Shown here piece by piece: positions 13,024-24,700 of a DNA stretch of 64,000 nt. Location: the NCBI GenBank assembly GCA_964106915.2, contig OZ066915.1, one strand, 5' to 3'. Source of the DNA: Podarcis gaigeae (lineage: Eukaryota). The number at the start of each line of letters is the position of its first letter. Position 1 is the stretch's first letter. Under the pieces are notes generated by a model. The model saw only the letters and a list, made by a program, of their open reading frames with translations, was not told where the DNA came from and did no database searches. Position numbers and translations under genes: made by a program.

Positions 13024-16002
13024 TATGTAAAACCTGCCCTGAGCATTTTTAGACAAAGAATGCTGAACTAGATAGACCTCAGTCTGATATAGCAAGCTGG
13101 TTAAGAACCTGAGGACAAGTACAAATATTATATTTTTGTGGCGGCTTCCCTCTTTATAGCTGTCTTCAGATTGTTTATAGGTCTCTTCAGTCTCATCATT
13201 ATGCTTGGGGTAGATTCCCATTTACATCTAGTTAGTTCCTTCTAGCAACAGTTTAGCTGCCTATTCATTTTTTTATATCCTACCTTTCCTCCAAAGAGCT
13301 TCAAGTGACATATTTGGTTCTCTTCCCCTCCACCGCCTTCCCCTGCGGCTAAGCTGAGCAAGAGCGTCTGGCCTAAGATCACCCTGCGAGCTTCCTGGCA
13401 AATGAGGATGCGAGCCAGGTTCTTCCCAGTCCTAGCCCAACCTTTTAGCCCAGGGATACTGGAGGAGATATCGGTATCTCCCCAACCCCTCTCTGGCCAA
13501 GTTGGACAGACGGGAAGAATCACCCATCAGTGATGGCAGGTAACCTTTTTTGCCTACAGGGGTCTTCAGAAGTCCCTATCAAAGCACTCTCACAAGCGGC
13601 ACTTTGAAAGAGCTTCAGGACATCTGACAACCAGCTGATTGTTGAGTCTCCAGAAGCTGCTTTTGAAGGGACGGGCACTTTGAAACGGACTTCTGAAGAA
13701 CTGAGAAGTCAATCTAGTCTAGCACATATTTTGGTGTGGCAGCCCTAAGGATCATTAAGGGGATCCAACAAATGCCAGAAGTAATGCCTGCAAGGTATGC
13801 AAGAGCTGGAGGTGTCTTGGAGGGCATGGGGGATGTCATATGAAGGCATATAGTGAATGTGTGCGCATTCTGAAATTTGCAGGTGAAAACAGGACATAAA
13901 AGAAATGAAAGCACAATAGTTGTGTCTGTGAAGGATGCACTGGTTTATTTTTCATTTATGGCCCACCTTCCTTCCATTCCATGATGGAAACCAAGGTGGC
14001 CTACTTTGGGTTCCCAAGAGGAGTCTCCCTTCCAGGCCCTGATCAAAGCCAGAACTGCTTAGCTGCAGCAAGGTGCTCACCTCATGGGCTGAGTCTGAGA
14101 GGTGCTTGGGGTGGAGCATAAAGGGAGCTCAGGAAGTTGTGAGACAGGCAAGTGAGTCCAGGGATATTTGCATTGCACATGTGAAATGTCTGGCAAGGAG
14201 AACCTGTAGGAAGCATGTAGGTGTATTGAAAATCTTGGAAGCCTGACAGAGTGTGAGGGAAATCACTCTACTGTCAGGCTTCCAATTCCTTCCGGCACAA
14301 GTGGGCATTCTGGCATGAGCGGTGCATGTGGGATGCCCACAGACGAGGACTGGATATGTGGGGGGCTTTGTGGGAGGCAAATGGGTGGGTGTGGAGCATG
14401 TGGGGAAGGGGTATATGTGGGGAGCAGGTGGAAAGTGTGCAGGTGGGCGGGGAGCAGGCGGGGAGCAGGCTCGGCGTTAATTCCCCTGCATTCCATTCTG
14501 TTTAATTGCTTATTAAATTCTAAGCAGCCAATTATCAGCAGCAATTACAGCTCCGCGCAGTGACACAATCGCCGCTTTAGCATTTGTTAATCAAATGCTT
14601 ATTTAGGAGTCCGCTTTATTAGCTGTTGTTGGAAGGAGAGCCCAGTCCCTGAGGCTGAGGGATGGGAGCTTCAGGCTTCCCCCCTCCCCACATTCTCTTG
14701 CCTTCCATGATGCGCCTTGACTCTTCTCTCCCTTGGGGTTTCAAATGCCTCTTCTCCTGAGATGCGCCAGATAGGAAGGCCAATCATCCAGAGTGTGTAG
14801 AAACCAAAGCAACATTTGGTGCCTCTCCATGAAGGCATCGGTTCAGGACATTGGGAATGAAGTGTTCATGCACCCATCGCTGGGGACCATGACTCAGTGG
14901 CAGAGCCCAGGTTTTGTACATAGAAGATCCCAGTTTCAATCCAGGTGGAAGAATCCGCCATGCAGCAGACTGAAGCAAGCTGATTCTGGAGGCCAAGCAG
15001 GGAGCGGGAGGAATAAATGCGGCAGGAATTTAATGTCTGCGTAGCATGACTTTTAAAAAGTGATGGCTAGGGCATCCTTTGGCATCTGCTTCAGCTAAAG
15101 TCTTAGTCCAGCGGTGAAGATCCGGTAGCAGGTGATGGGGAAAGCCATTCCTTGGAAAGCTGATGCCAGTCAATGAACAAAGAGTCTGAGCTGGTATAAT
15201 CCAGTTTCCTATATCCCTATGATCTGGAGTAACGCACATGTGAAACTCTGCTTTATACAGCCGGAAGAAAGGGCCTCGGGGATCCTGACAGAAAACAACA
15301 ACCCCTGCCCCCAGTCTAGCCAATGGCGTTATTGAACATTCACTTTGAGTGCTGTAGCTGCATTGCCTTGGGGAAGGGCGCTGCCTCATTTCAGCCACAT
15401 CCAGGTAGCCATAGCCAATCAGGGACAAGGAGATTGTCCCCAGTCAAGAGGCAGGAGGATGAGATAGGCAGCTACTGGCAACTAATTGGCTCCCTTTTTG
15501 CAATAAAGGTACATGTTTTATGCATTTGGGCATGAAAAGAACCATTCCAGATATGAACAGAGAGATGGGCGAAATGTGCAAAGAGATCGTCCTGTGATGT
15601 AGAAATTGAGTGCATGATTTGATGGTACGTCTGTTCCAGGTCAGCACTGAAACATGTGTGTGTGTGTGTGCCCGTGTGATCAGAGTGATTAAATAGACTC
15701 TCACATGAACAAAATGTCAATGTAGGGCCTCTTAAGGGCAAGTGAAGGAAGGATGTCACTTCTTTTAAACATGCAGTAAATTTCAGTTCAATAAACGAAA
15801 CTACTGCTATGTATAATTAGAGGGGGAAATGTATTTCTCTTCACTTTTGGCTTGTCTACCAAGTAATAATCCCTAAGACAGCAACACCCTACAGCCAACG
15901 TGGCTTTGGAGGGGGAATTCAAGTCTCATCCATGCTAAAGGCCCAAATTGTCGGAATGCATTGGCACTGATATTAGCTGTGCACTACCATTTTTTGTGAT
16001 TA

Positions 16003-16249
16003 CAGTGGTACCTTGGTTCTCGAACTTAATCCGTTCTGGGAGTCTGTTCGACTCCTGAAACTGTTTGAAAACCAAGGCACGGCTTCTGATTGGCTGCAGG
16101 AGCTTCCTACACTTAAGCAGAAGCCGCGACAGACGTTCAGTTTCTGAAAAGTGTTCACAAACCGAAACACTTACTTCCAAGTTTGCAGTGTTCGGGAGCC
16201 AATTTTTCCGACAACTACTGTAAACCATTTGAAAAGCAAGGTACCACTG
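16003..16249. mobile_element. Tc1/mariner-type MITE
   Basis: TIR CAGTGGTACCTTG / CAAGGTACCACTG flanked by TA on both sides. Confidence 0.85.
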
Positions 16250-16266
16250 TACTATTAGCACTAGGT

Positions 16267-16504
16267 CAGGGGTGCCCAAACTTTTTTCAAAGAGAGCCAG
16301 ATTTGATGAAGTGAACATGTGTGAGGGCCGACTGAAGTTGTTGAGCTTTTTTTAGATTTAACCCCAAAGTTGTTGAGCCTCTTTTACAATTTTAACCCAA
16401 AGCTTTTGAGTTTTTTGGGTTTTTACCCCAAGACATATACTGCCACAGAGGCCAGATTAAATTGACCGGCGGGCCAAATTAGGCCCCTGAAATGGACATG
16501 CCTG
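16267..16504. mobile_element. hAT-type MITE
   Basis: Ends CAGGGGTGCCCA / GGACATGCCTG; 8-bp TSD CACTAGGT (16259-16266 / 16505-16512). Confidence 0.8.
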
Positions 16505-17629
16505 CACTAGGTGGAAAGGCATAGCTATGGAGGTTTTACCCTGAAATGCTAGTTTTGGATACAGACTGGAAGAATTTATTTATAAAACTTATACCCCACC
16601 ATAGGAAATCAAGTCAGCTAATGAAATCAAGCAAACAAATATCATATACACCCTCATTCAAAACAGCAAGAATAATAAACCCCGTGTTAATATAATGAGC
16701 CAAAAATAATGACTGTCATTATGTGACCGATGAATAACATAGAATAAAAAAAATATTCTGGGAACAGCAGTCAAACTGCAAGTAGCAATATCAATTAAAT
16801 CGCATAGTATTTATGAAGATCCAAGTTTCACCAACTGCTGAAAACATTATTATAGCACCTTGGGGGCCTTGGCAGAGAGGTAGTAAATAATTGCAAAAAA
16901 ACAAACAAATTAGAGTGCCAGGGCTTGACTGATCTCAGCTGGCAGGGCGTTCTGCAGGGTGAGTGTCACTGAAGAAAAAGCCCCATGTGCGGCTGTTTGC
17001 TTCACAGAGTCAATGAATCTGGAGCAGTGTGTCAGGTGATGACCAGAGCATGCAGGGAGAACCATATGGAAGGAGGTTGGTCCTTCAGAAAAAAACATAT
17101 TGAAGGTTCTTTTTAATCAGCTTTGCTGCAGGGAGAAAGGAGTTAGTATGCTGATGTGGCTGTGTAGTGCATGTGCACTTTGCAGGTTTTCATTCAGAGA
17201 TGAAGACTGTGAAACTATCCACACCCCAAGAGGGGGTGCAGCAATTGAGCCAGCATCATTCCTGTTCCACTACTCCCTTTGCACCTCCCTCTCTTCTGCT
17301 TGGTGGTGGTTGGGGGGGGGGGGAGGCAGAAAGATTCCTGCTTCCATGTCAATAGGAAAGGAGCCTGCATCTCTCAGCCCGACCAATTAATGTTAATCTT
17401 CAATTAAAGCTTTTGTTTATTGATCAATTGATCATATTGATTTAAGCTTGCAGAACTAGATAGTGTATTAGACTGAGAGGCCTGAGGTGTGTTAGGGTCC
17501 CTCTCAGCTGCAGATTCTCTCGTTTGCCTCAGTTCATGATCTGTCCAATGGAAATTTAAAAAATGACTACCTCACAAGGTTCTTGGATGCATAATGACCA
17601 AAAAGATTCTTGTTAGTTTTGCTTATTAT

Positions 17630-17790
17630 GGATTTATCCCACCCTTTTCAACCAGGAATTCAGGGTGTCATACGCAGGTTCTCACAACAACCCTGTGAGG
17701 TACGTTAGGCCGAGAGATAACAACTTGTCCAGGTCAGCCAGTAAGTTTGTGTCTACATAGGGATTTGAACCTGGACTTCTCTGGTCTAAA
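17630..17790 (-). mobile_element. Squam3-like SINE
   Basis: ctcacaacaaccctgtgaggtacgttaggc...ggatttgaacctggac. Confidence 0.6.
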
Positions 17791-18064
17791 GGTCAAAGGA
17801 GATGTGATAGCAGAAAGACTTTGATCAGATTTCTAGCGGTCCCATCCCCCCCTTTAAGGGAGACTGATTCTGAAAAAATGATCGTCTCTTGGAATTACTA
17901 CTCTCCTTATGGGGCAAAACATACAAAAGTAACATATGGTGATCAGGTGTATGTGCACAGAATTGGGAATATTATTGCTTTATTATTTTGTTTGCTAGTT
18001 GACTAATGCCAAATGGTCTTTAGGTGACTCACAACAATTCTAAAGCTTGCAAAATTTTAGAACA

Positions 18065-18124
18065 ACAAAGATAAAGCAACATTTCACCCACCCCACAAAG
18101 ATAAAGCAACATTTCACCCACCCC
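18065..18124. repeat. 30-bp tandem duplication
   Basis: ACAAAGATAAAGCAACATTTCACCCACCCC x2. Confidence 0.85.
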
Positions 18125-18859
18125 ACCCCAAAACCAACAGCTCAGATTTGAAATAATTACAGCACATGAACTGGCACATCACATGCCTGCGAAAAGAGCA
18201 GTGTGGGAGCACAATGCACTGAAACTGCTCCTATCCCATGTGGTGTGTGGGTGATAGGTAGCAAAGGGTAGGTCCATTCAGGCTTGGGAACTACCTGCAT
18301 ATTACAAATAATCTCTAGCATAGAGACACTAGGAAGCTTAGGAGGTGGTGGTGGTAGTTGTTGATCAGATACATTCAATGTGCATTTAAAGCACACAAGT
18401 CCCCCGTGAGAATCCTGGGAACCATAGTTTGCTTGTTTGCAACGTTTTAAAATAATTCTTTCATTTTATAATGTATATAAAACAAGAGAGAGCAGTTATA
18501 ACAACAGACGGAAATTAAAAGATGAAAGAAAAACCTATAAAAGAGGCAAGTAGAAGGTGACCAGTTGCACCTGGGTTAAAATCACGAAGCCCAAGTAAAG
18601 ACGATCTTGAATCATAGTTTGTTAAGGTGAGGAGGGAAACTACCGTCCTTATGCTTCTTTGGGGGAAGTCAGGTGCTGTAAACGTGCACTGGGTGTGCTT
18701 TAAATGTACAGCAACGGGTGGGCCGGAAAGATGAGTAAGGGGAGCAGTCAGGTGCCGAGGAGGACAGGACACTCCTGTGCCAGTCTTCAGTGGTGGTGTA
18801 CAGTACAAGACGGCACTTGGGCGGCTGCAGCTTATCTCATCATTGTATCCCCTCTTGTT

Positions 18860-19560
18860 GCGCGCAACCCTGAGAGGTGCGGGAGCCTGCGCTGCTGAGG
18901 AGGAAGGGAGCAGCAGCAGCAATGGCAGAGCTTCCGAGGGGGCTGTTGAAAAGGGATGCAGAAGGGAGCGGCGGGGCAGGCGAGAAGAAGCGCCCGCTGC
19001 GAGGAAGGAGGCCTGTCCGACAGGGGCGCGCGTGTTGCGGCTAGAGAAGCGGCCACGCGAAGTCCCCGCGTGTTTTGCTCAGGCTCGCCGCAGTCCTGCT
19101 CCCGCCAAAGGAGCAGCGCGGGGCCTCCCTTTCGCCGCGGCCGGTTTGCCTCGGCGAGCAGGCCTTCGCCGGCCTCCCCGCACGGGCCGCGGGGCCGGAG
19201 CTGGCGGCCTCGGGCTTGCCTGCGGTGGCGCTGCCCTTGCGGAGAGAGGCGCCTGGAGGCCCGGCGAAAGCGCGGCTGGGAGGCGGAGGGGAGGGAGCGG
19301 GATCAGCTCAGCGTGGCATGACGAGACGAGGCCCCCGGAGAAGTGAGCTATGTCCCTTATTGGTCACACTACATTTCTTTTTCATTAGCAGTTAAATGCA
19401 GACATGAGGGATCGGCGCAGGTTCACTGGGCGCGCGCCGTGCGGCATTTCCGGCCGTGATGGATTAGCCCCGGTGGAGGCGGCGGCGGCGGGGACGAGAG
19501 CGGGAGGGGGGGAAAGCCTGCTGTCAGCAGCCCCAGCTGTGGACGCCTGTCATGGGGGGA
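18860..19560. promoter_or_regulatory. CpG island in UNC5A intron 1
   Basis: Very GC-rich with dense CpG (gcgcgc, ccgcgg, ggcggcggcg), in contrast to CpG-depleted flanks. Confidence 0.8.
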
Positions 19561-21513
19561 GGTTGGGGGGGGGGACACACCGTAACACACGTCTCAGCAA
19601 ATAGGAAGGACAGGGAGAAGAACCAGGGCCTCGCATTAGGGTCCAGGGATGAGGGCACAGTGGCGGATGAGGTGGGGCAGGCTGGGCGGGGAGTAAGTTG
19701 GTTGTGTAGGCAAGTGTACCTATTGGCATTTCCTCCTTGTGTCTGCTAGTTGCCGGCACATTCTCCCCATGTATGTGTTTGGCTGGCTTTTTTGTTTTGT
19801 GAATGAGTCTGGAACCGTCCTCAGCATACACTTGTGCTTCAGAAATTCTGGAATTGTAGCGTCCAGGCACGTGGGCGAAGCAGAAGAAAATGTGGCGCTT
19901 TAAGCATTTGCATATACATTTTAGATGATAGGGCAATTGACATTTTGAAGTGAAAGATTCCAGAATCCTTAAGTGTCAGACAAACTGTGTGCTGACCCCC
20001 ACACTGAAGTGGATTGTAATCTCTATGTTAGCATTTATGTATTCTTTTTTTAAAAAAGTGTTATCAGCATCTAGCCCACCCCATTCCCAGGACAGCCAGC
20101 AATGTGCTATTTTACTGCAAAATCGCATCGCTTTAACCTCATTTGTGCTATCCCAGCTCAACACAGGCCAGTGACAAATGGGAAGCAGTGCAAACATTGC
20201 GAAGATTTTTACCTAACACATTGGAGGATATGTGGGTTGACTCTAGTGAGACAGAAGGCGGAGGGTTCTAGCTCTCCATATCTGAAGCAATGTGAGTCAC
20301 ATCTAATAGCTGGTTTTATCTGAGCCGATCATCTGACTGGGCTTCCTGTTCCTCAGGTGTAGGAAGCTGAATTTAAGGCATAAAGGAGGGAATTTAAACC
20401 TGAGCACTGTTCCTATCCATACATCACAGGCTGCTCACTTGTCCCAGTAAGAAGCTAAAAGGGTATTTTTAGACTTAAGTTTGAAGAAGGAACCCCAAGT
20501 TCATCCAGGAACATTATTAAGAAAGCAATGAGATGGGATGGGGGTGTGTGATTGTAGGTTAAAGTCAAAGGGCATTGCCAGTATTTTGCTGGGGAAAGTA
20601 CACACAGGCAAGTATCACAATTGTTAGTAGCATCAGGCATAACCAAAAGTTATTCCATATTGTGAACAGTCAGGAAGTAAAACAAACCTACACACATTCA
20701 GTGAGCATCTGCTTCACATGCAGAAGGCTGTGGGTTCAGTCGCGGGCATCTCTACCTAGGGGTGGGAGAGTGCAGGCAGTTTTGAACTAGATGACCCAGT
20801 GGTCAGACTCCGTATAAGGCAGCTGCCGACTACCGCACCATCTGTAAGTGTGCATTCCTGTTGAAGGCAGTATCTAGAACTATTGCCTCTGATTATCCCT
20901 GTTAATACACAAGCGTGGGATGATGTATCATGTGGCATTGTAATGCTCTTAACTTACTCCTCTGAAAGTGTTTTCTGACATCTCCCACCAGCCTCCTAAA
21001 ATCTTAAAAGAGTTACTGGTAAATGTCAAATGATGGTGAGTTTTTGACACTTGCCGGATCATACTTAATAAAGAGGAAGTACCTCGGGGGGCTTTCTGTT
21101 GGCCCTTACCCCCAGTGGTGTTTGGTTGGATGCGGCAGGACTGAGAACATGGCCATCTGAGTTGGCTGTGGGGACAGCAGCATGGCTGAGAGCTCTTGCT
21201 GCAGTTGCTTTCATTAATGTTTCAGACCAATTAACTGTGTAATTAGCCGAGATCCCCAAAGAGCTGCTGCTGCTCTGATTACAGTGAAGGAGAGTTGAAG
21301 CCTTGCCCTTTAACTGAAGAAGTTTGATCTTAGAGGACTGCGGGGTTTGGTGGCCAGCAGAGCAAAGGCGTTTTGCATGTACTGATTTAACCTTGAGGTT
21401 TGGCATGAAATCCACCTATGCAAGGCCCATGGTGGAAACCTGACTCTTCATGGCCTCTGTAAATGTTGTGGTTGCTAGTGTGCCAGTTTCTAGCCCCTCT
21501 CCTCTCTGCCCAG

Positions 21514-21735
21514 GTGCCCAGCAGAGTGCCACAGTGCCCATCCCTGTGCCTGGCTCTTCCTCAGACCTGCTCCCTCACTTCCTGCTGGAACCGGAGGATG
21601 TTTACATTGTCAAGAACAAACCGGTGACACTGGCCTGCAAGGCCACGCCTGCCACTCAGATCTACTTCAAGTGCAATGGCGAGTGGGTGCATCAGGGTGA
21701 CCACATCATACAGCGCAGCATGAACCAAACCACGG
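21514..21735 (+). CDS. UNC5A: UNC5A exon 2 (Ig1 N-part)
   Basis: ccag|GTGCCC ... ACGG|gtgagt; 222 nt; GAQQSATV...[10 protein letters not shown]. Confidence 0.95.
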
Positions 21736-24700
21736 GTGAGTGCTGGAGGGGTGGGGCATCAAAGGGCAGCAGAGGAGTCTTGTTTTGATGGCTGCAGGGC
21801 TGACGCTCAGCTCCTGTCCCACTGCTGACCTGGAGTTAGGAGGTCTCATATTTATACTGTTAGCATAGCTTTTGTGCTTCTTTAGCTGCTGTGTTCTCCT
21901 GAGATTTCACTATTACATTTTGAAGTTTTTTAGAGATTTCTCACGTGCTTCTAAGCATATATTTGCAACAATCAGAGCCAGAGACATGTTTGGGTCCCCC
22001 CCCCCTCACTTTTCTCATGATACTTGAGGTTCTCTGGAAACTGAACACAGCAGCATTCTGCACACTTACTGCACTTCCACAGAATTGTGACACCCATTCA
22101 TGTAGCGCTCCTCCACCCACTGATCTCTCCCCCCTTCCCTGCTTTCCACCCTTGCCTCTTTGCCCCCTGGTGTTTTGGCAGGCCTGCCCCTCATGGAAGT
22201 GCGGATCGACATCTCGCGGCAACAGGTGGAGAAGATCTTTGGCTTGGAAGAGTACTGGTGCCAGTGTGTCGCCTGGAGCACGTCTGGCACCACCAAGAGT
22301 CAAAAGGCCTACGTGCGCATTGCTTGTGAGTGGCGCCGTGCTTACCCTCCTGTCTGCTCAGGGGACCCCTCTAGGACTTCAAACCACCCATCTTCCCTCT
22401 CCTAGTGCCTCATTGTCATTCCCCCCACCTACAGCTGAAAATCAGAGCCTGTTCTTTCATGTCTGAATCGACTACCATCAATTGGCTGCTCATGTTGGCA
22501 GGGAGCAGACAAGGCTGTGGCCTAGTATGTCCTGGGGGGTCTTTGATGTCATCTTGACACCGCTCTAAGCCTCTCTTCTTTCTAGATCTGCGAAAGAATT
22601 TCGAGCAGGAGCCCCTGGCCAAAGAGGTCTCCATTGAGCAGGGAATTGTGCTGCCTTGCCGCCCTCCAGAGGGGATCCCACCAGCTGAAGTGAGTACTGG
22701 CCCTGCATGCTTAATCCTGGGCAGTACTGAGGGGGGCATTGGGGAGAACGGTTGAGGAAGCCCACCAGTAGCACAAAACCAAACCAAACCACTTCATGGG
22801 GACCACCCGACGTTGGAACCCGCATCTCCCCAGCGTTGGCTTTGCCACCCTGCAGTTCCTGCAGACGATCTAGGTTGGGTTCGTTGTAGCCCATTCGCCC
22901 TCACCCTCATTGCAGCCACTTGATTGACGCCGGCCTGTCTCTCTGCAGAGCTCATTAACACACATTTTGGAGCCTCCCTGGGCTGCCCTGGTGCTGAGTG
23001 GCCTGTCAATCTCTGTCCCTCACTAGGTCAGTGCCAGAATGTGTTTTCTTCTGAGACACGTTGCAGTCGCAGTGTCCTTAAAGGCTACACGGCCTGACCC
23101 AATCCTCCTGCCCTATGTGTGGCTTGTGTCTCCCCAAGGTCGAGTGGCTGCACAACGAAGACCTCGTGGACCCAGCACTGGACACCAACTTCTACATCAC
23201 GCTGGAGCACAGCCTGGTGGTGAAACAGGCCCGCCTGGCGGACACAGGCAACTATACCTGCGTGGCCAAAAACATTGTGGCCCGTCGTCGCAGCTCACCT
23301 GCTGCTGTCACTGTCTATGGTAGGGCCCCACCAGGCGATGGGATGGGTAGTTCCCAAGAAAAGGGGACCAATGGGTGAATAGCAGGTCCCTCCATAAGTC
23401 TTCAGGGTTGGGGGCAAGGGCAGGAATCTGGTTTCTTTGGAGGCTTGGCTGTAGCTCAGAGGGGAAGATGGAGCAGTGACAGGGCTGGCTCTACCATTAG
23501 GCAGAGTGAGGGAGCCGTCTCAGGCAGCAGATGCTGGTGCAGAGGGGACGAGTGGCAGCCTCATGTTAGGGAACAAAGCTGGGTGTGCCTCTAAGATCAC
23601 TTGCTGCCCTCAGACGGGGTGGGAGATGCTAGCCCACTGCCAGCACTGAAGGAAGATTTGAACTGCCGGAGCCAGCCAGCTTTCGTAAAAGGAAACGGGA
23701 AGAATTGTGTGGAGGTCAGCTTATCCTTCCCTTTGGGCAGCACTGTTTCTTGGGCTGGCCCAACTGTTTTTGGGTGTGATGAAGAGGGGACTTTGCTAAG
23801 TACATGCACCTCAAAATGGAGGAAAAGCCCATCCTGGAGGGAGAGAGGGGGTGGACGGGGGAGCCAGGCTGTGTCAACGCGATGTCGAGAAAGCGATGCT
23901 CCTGCAGAATCTCACAGGAGAAAGCGGCATGACCCCCCCACCCCACCCCCTCCTCCAAGTGTCCGCCCCTCTGCTTGTGACTCCTCCTGCATCCCCCCAT
24001 GTTTTCCTGTGTATTCTCCCCAAGCTGTACACACATACCAAAAGCAAGAGGGAAGCTGGCACCCCAGAGCCGGCCGTTTTGCCCCAGGAGAACCCTGGAA
24101 GCGCTCGGCTCCTTCTCTGGGCCCAGTCAGAGAACCCCACCTCCCTCCCTGCTGCCAATGACTGGCCCTCCCAGGGCGCACCGTTGTTGGGAGCTCTAGC
24201 TGATGCTGTCCCTTCCCCCCAGTGAATGGCGGCTGGTCGACGTGGACGGACTGGTCAGCCTGCAGCACCAGCTGTGGACGGGGCTGGCAGAAGCGGAGCC
24301 GGAGCTGCACCAACCCAACACCACTCAACGGGGGGGCCTTCTGTGAGGGCCAGAATGTGCAGAAAAGTTCTTGCGCCACCCTGTGCCCAGGTACTGCCCT
24401 GCCACTGCTGCGCACCTGCCCCGGCGGCTCTGTTTTGCTGTACTCACTCGCACCCTTGGCCCCCGCCCCACCACCCACAGCAGCGGGGAAAGACTCAAAA
24501 TCTAACACATAGGAAGCTCAGAGCAGGCTGAGCCACACACATCTCCCACTCTCAGTCCACTCCAAGCCCCCCCTTTTCTGTTTCAGCCCAGAGTTCGCTG
24601 CTCACACAGCTTTGCCTATGCACTATCCCACCACTGTTTGGTTGCCACTTCCTTTCCCCAAAGTGACCTCGAGCCCAGAATGGTGCTGCATGTTCCTGGG

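Noticed and set aside
12892-13221. Peptide [34 protein letters not shown] repeated in ORF 53271-53468
   Set aside because: Antisense translation of two copies of the same Sauria SINE.
18777-19395. Overlapping Arg/Ala/Gly-rich ORFs (189, 121, 106 aa), considered as UNC5A exon 1 or a separate gene
   Set aside because: Typical stop-poor frames of a CpG island; no signal-peptide-like exon with a phase-1 donor.
23601-24508. Long ORFs (186 aa +, 198 aa -) around UNC5A exon 6
   Set aside because: GC-rich intron and antisense shadow of the TSP1 exon.
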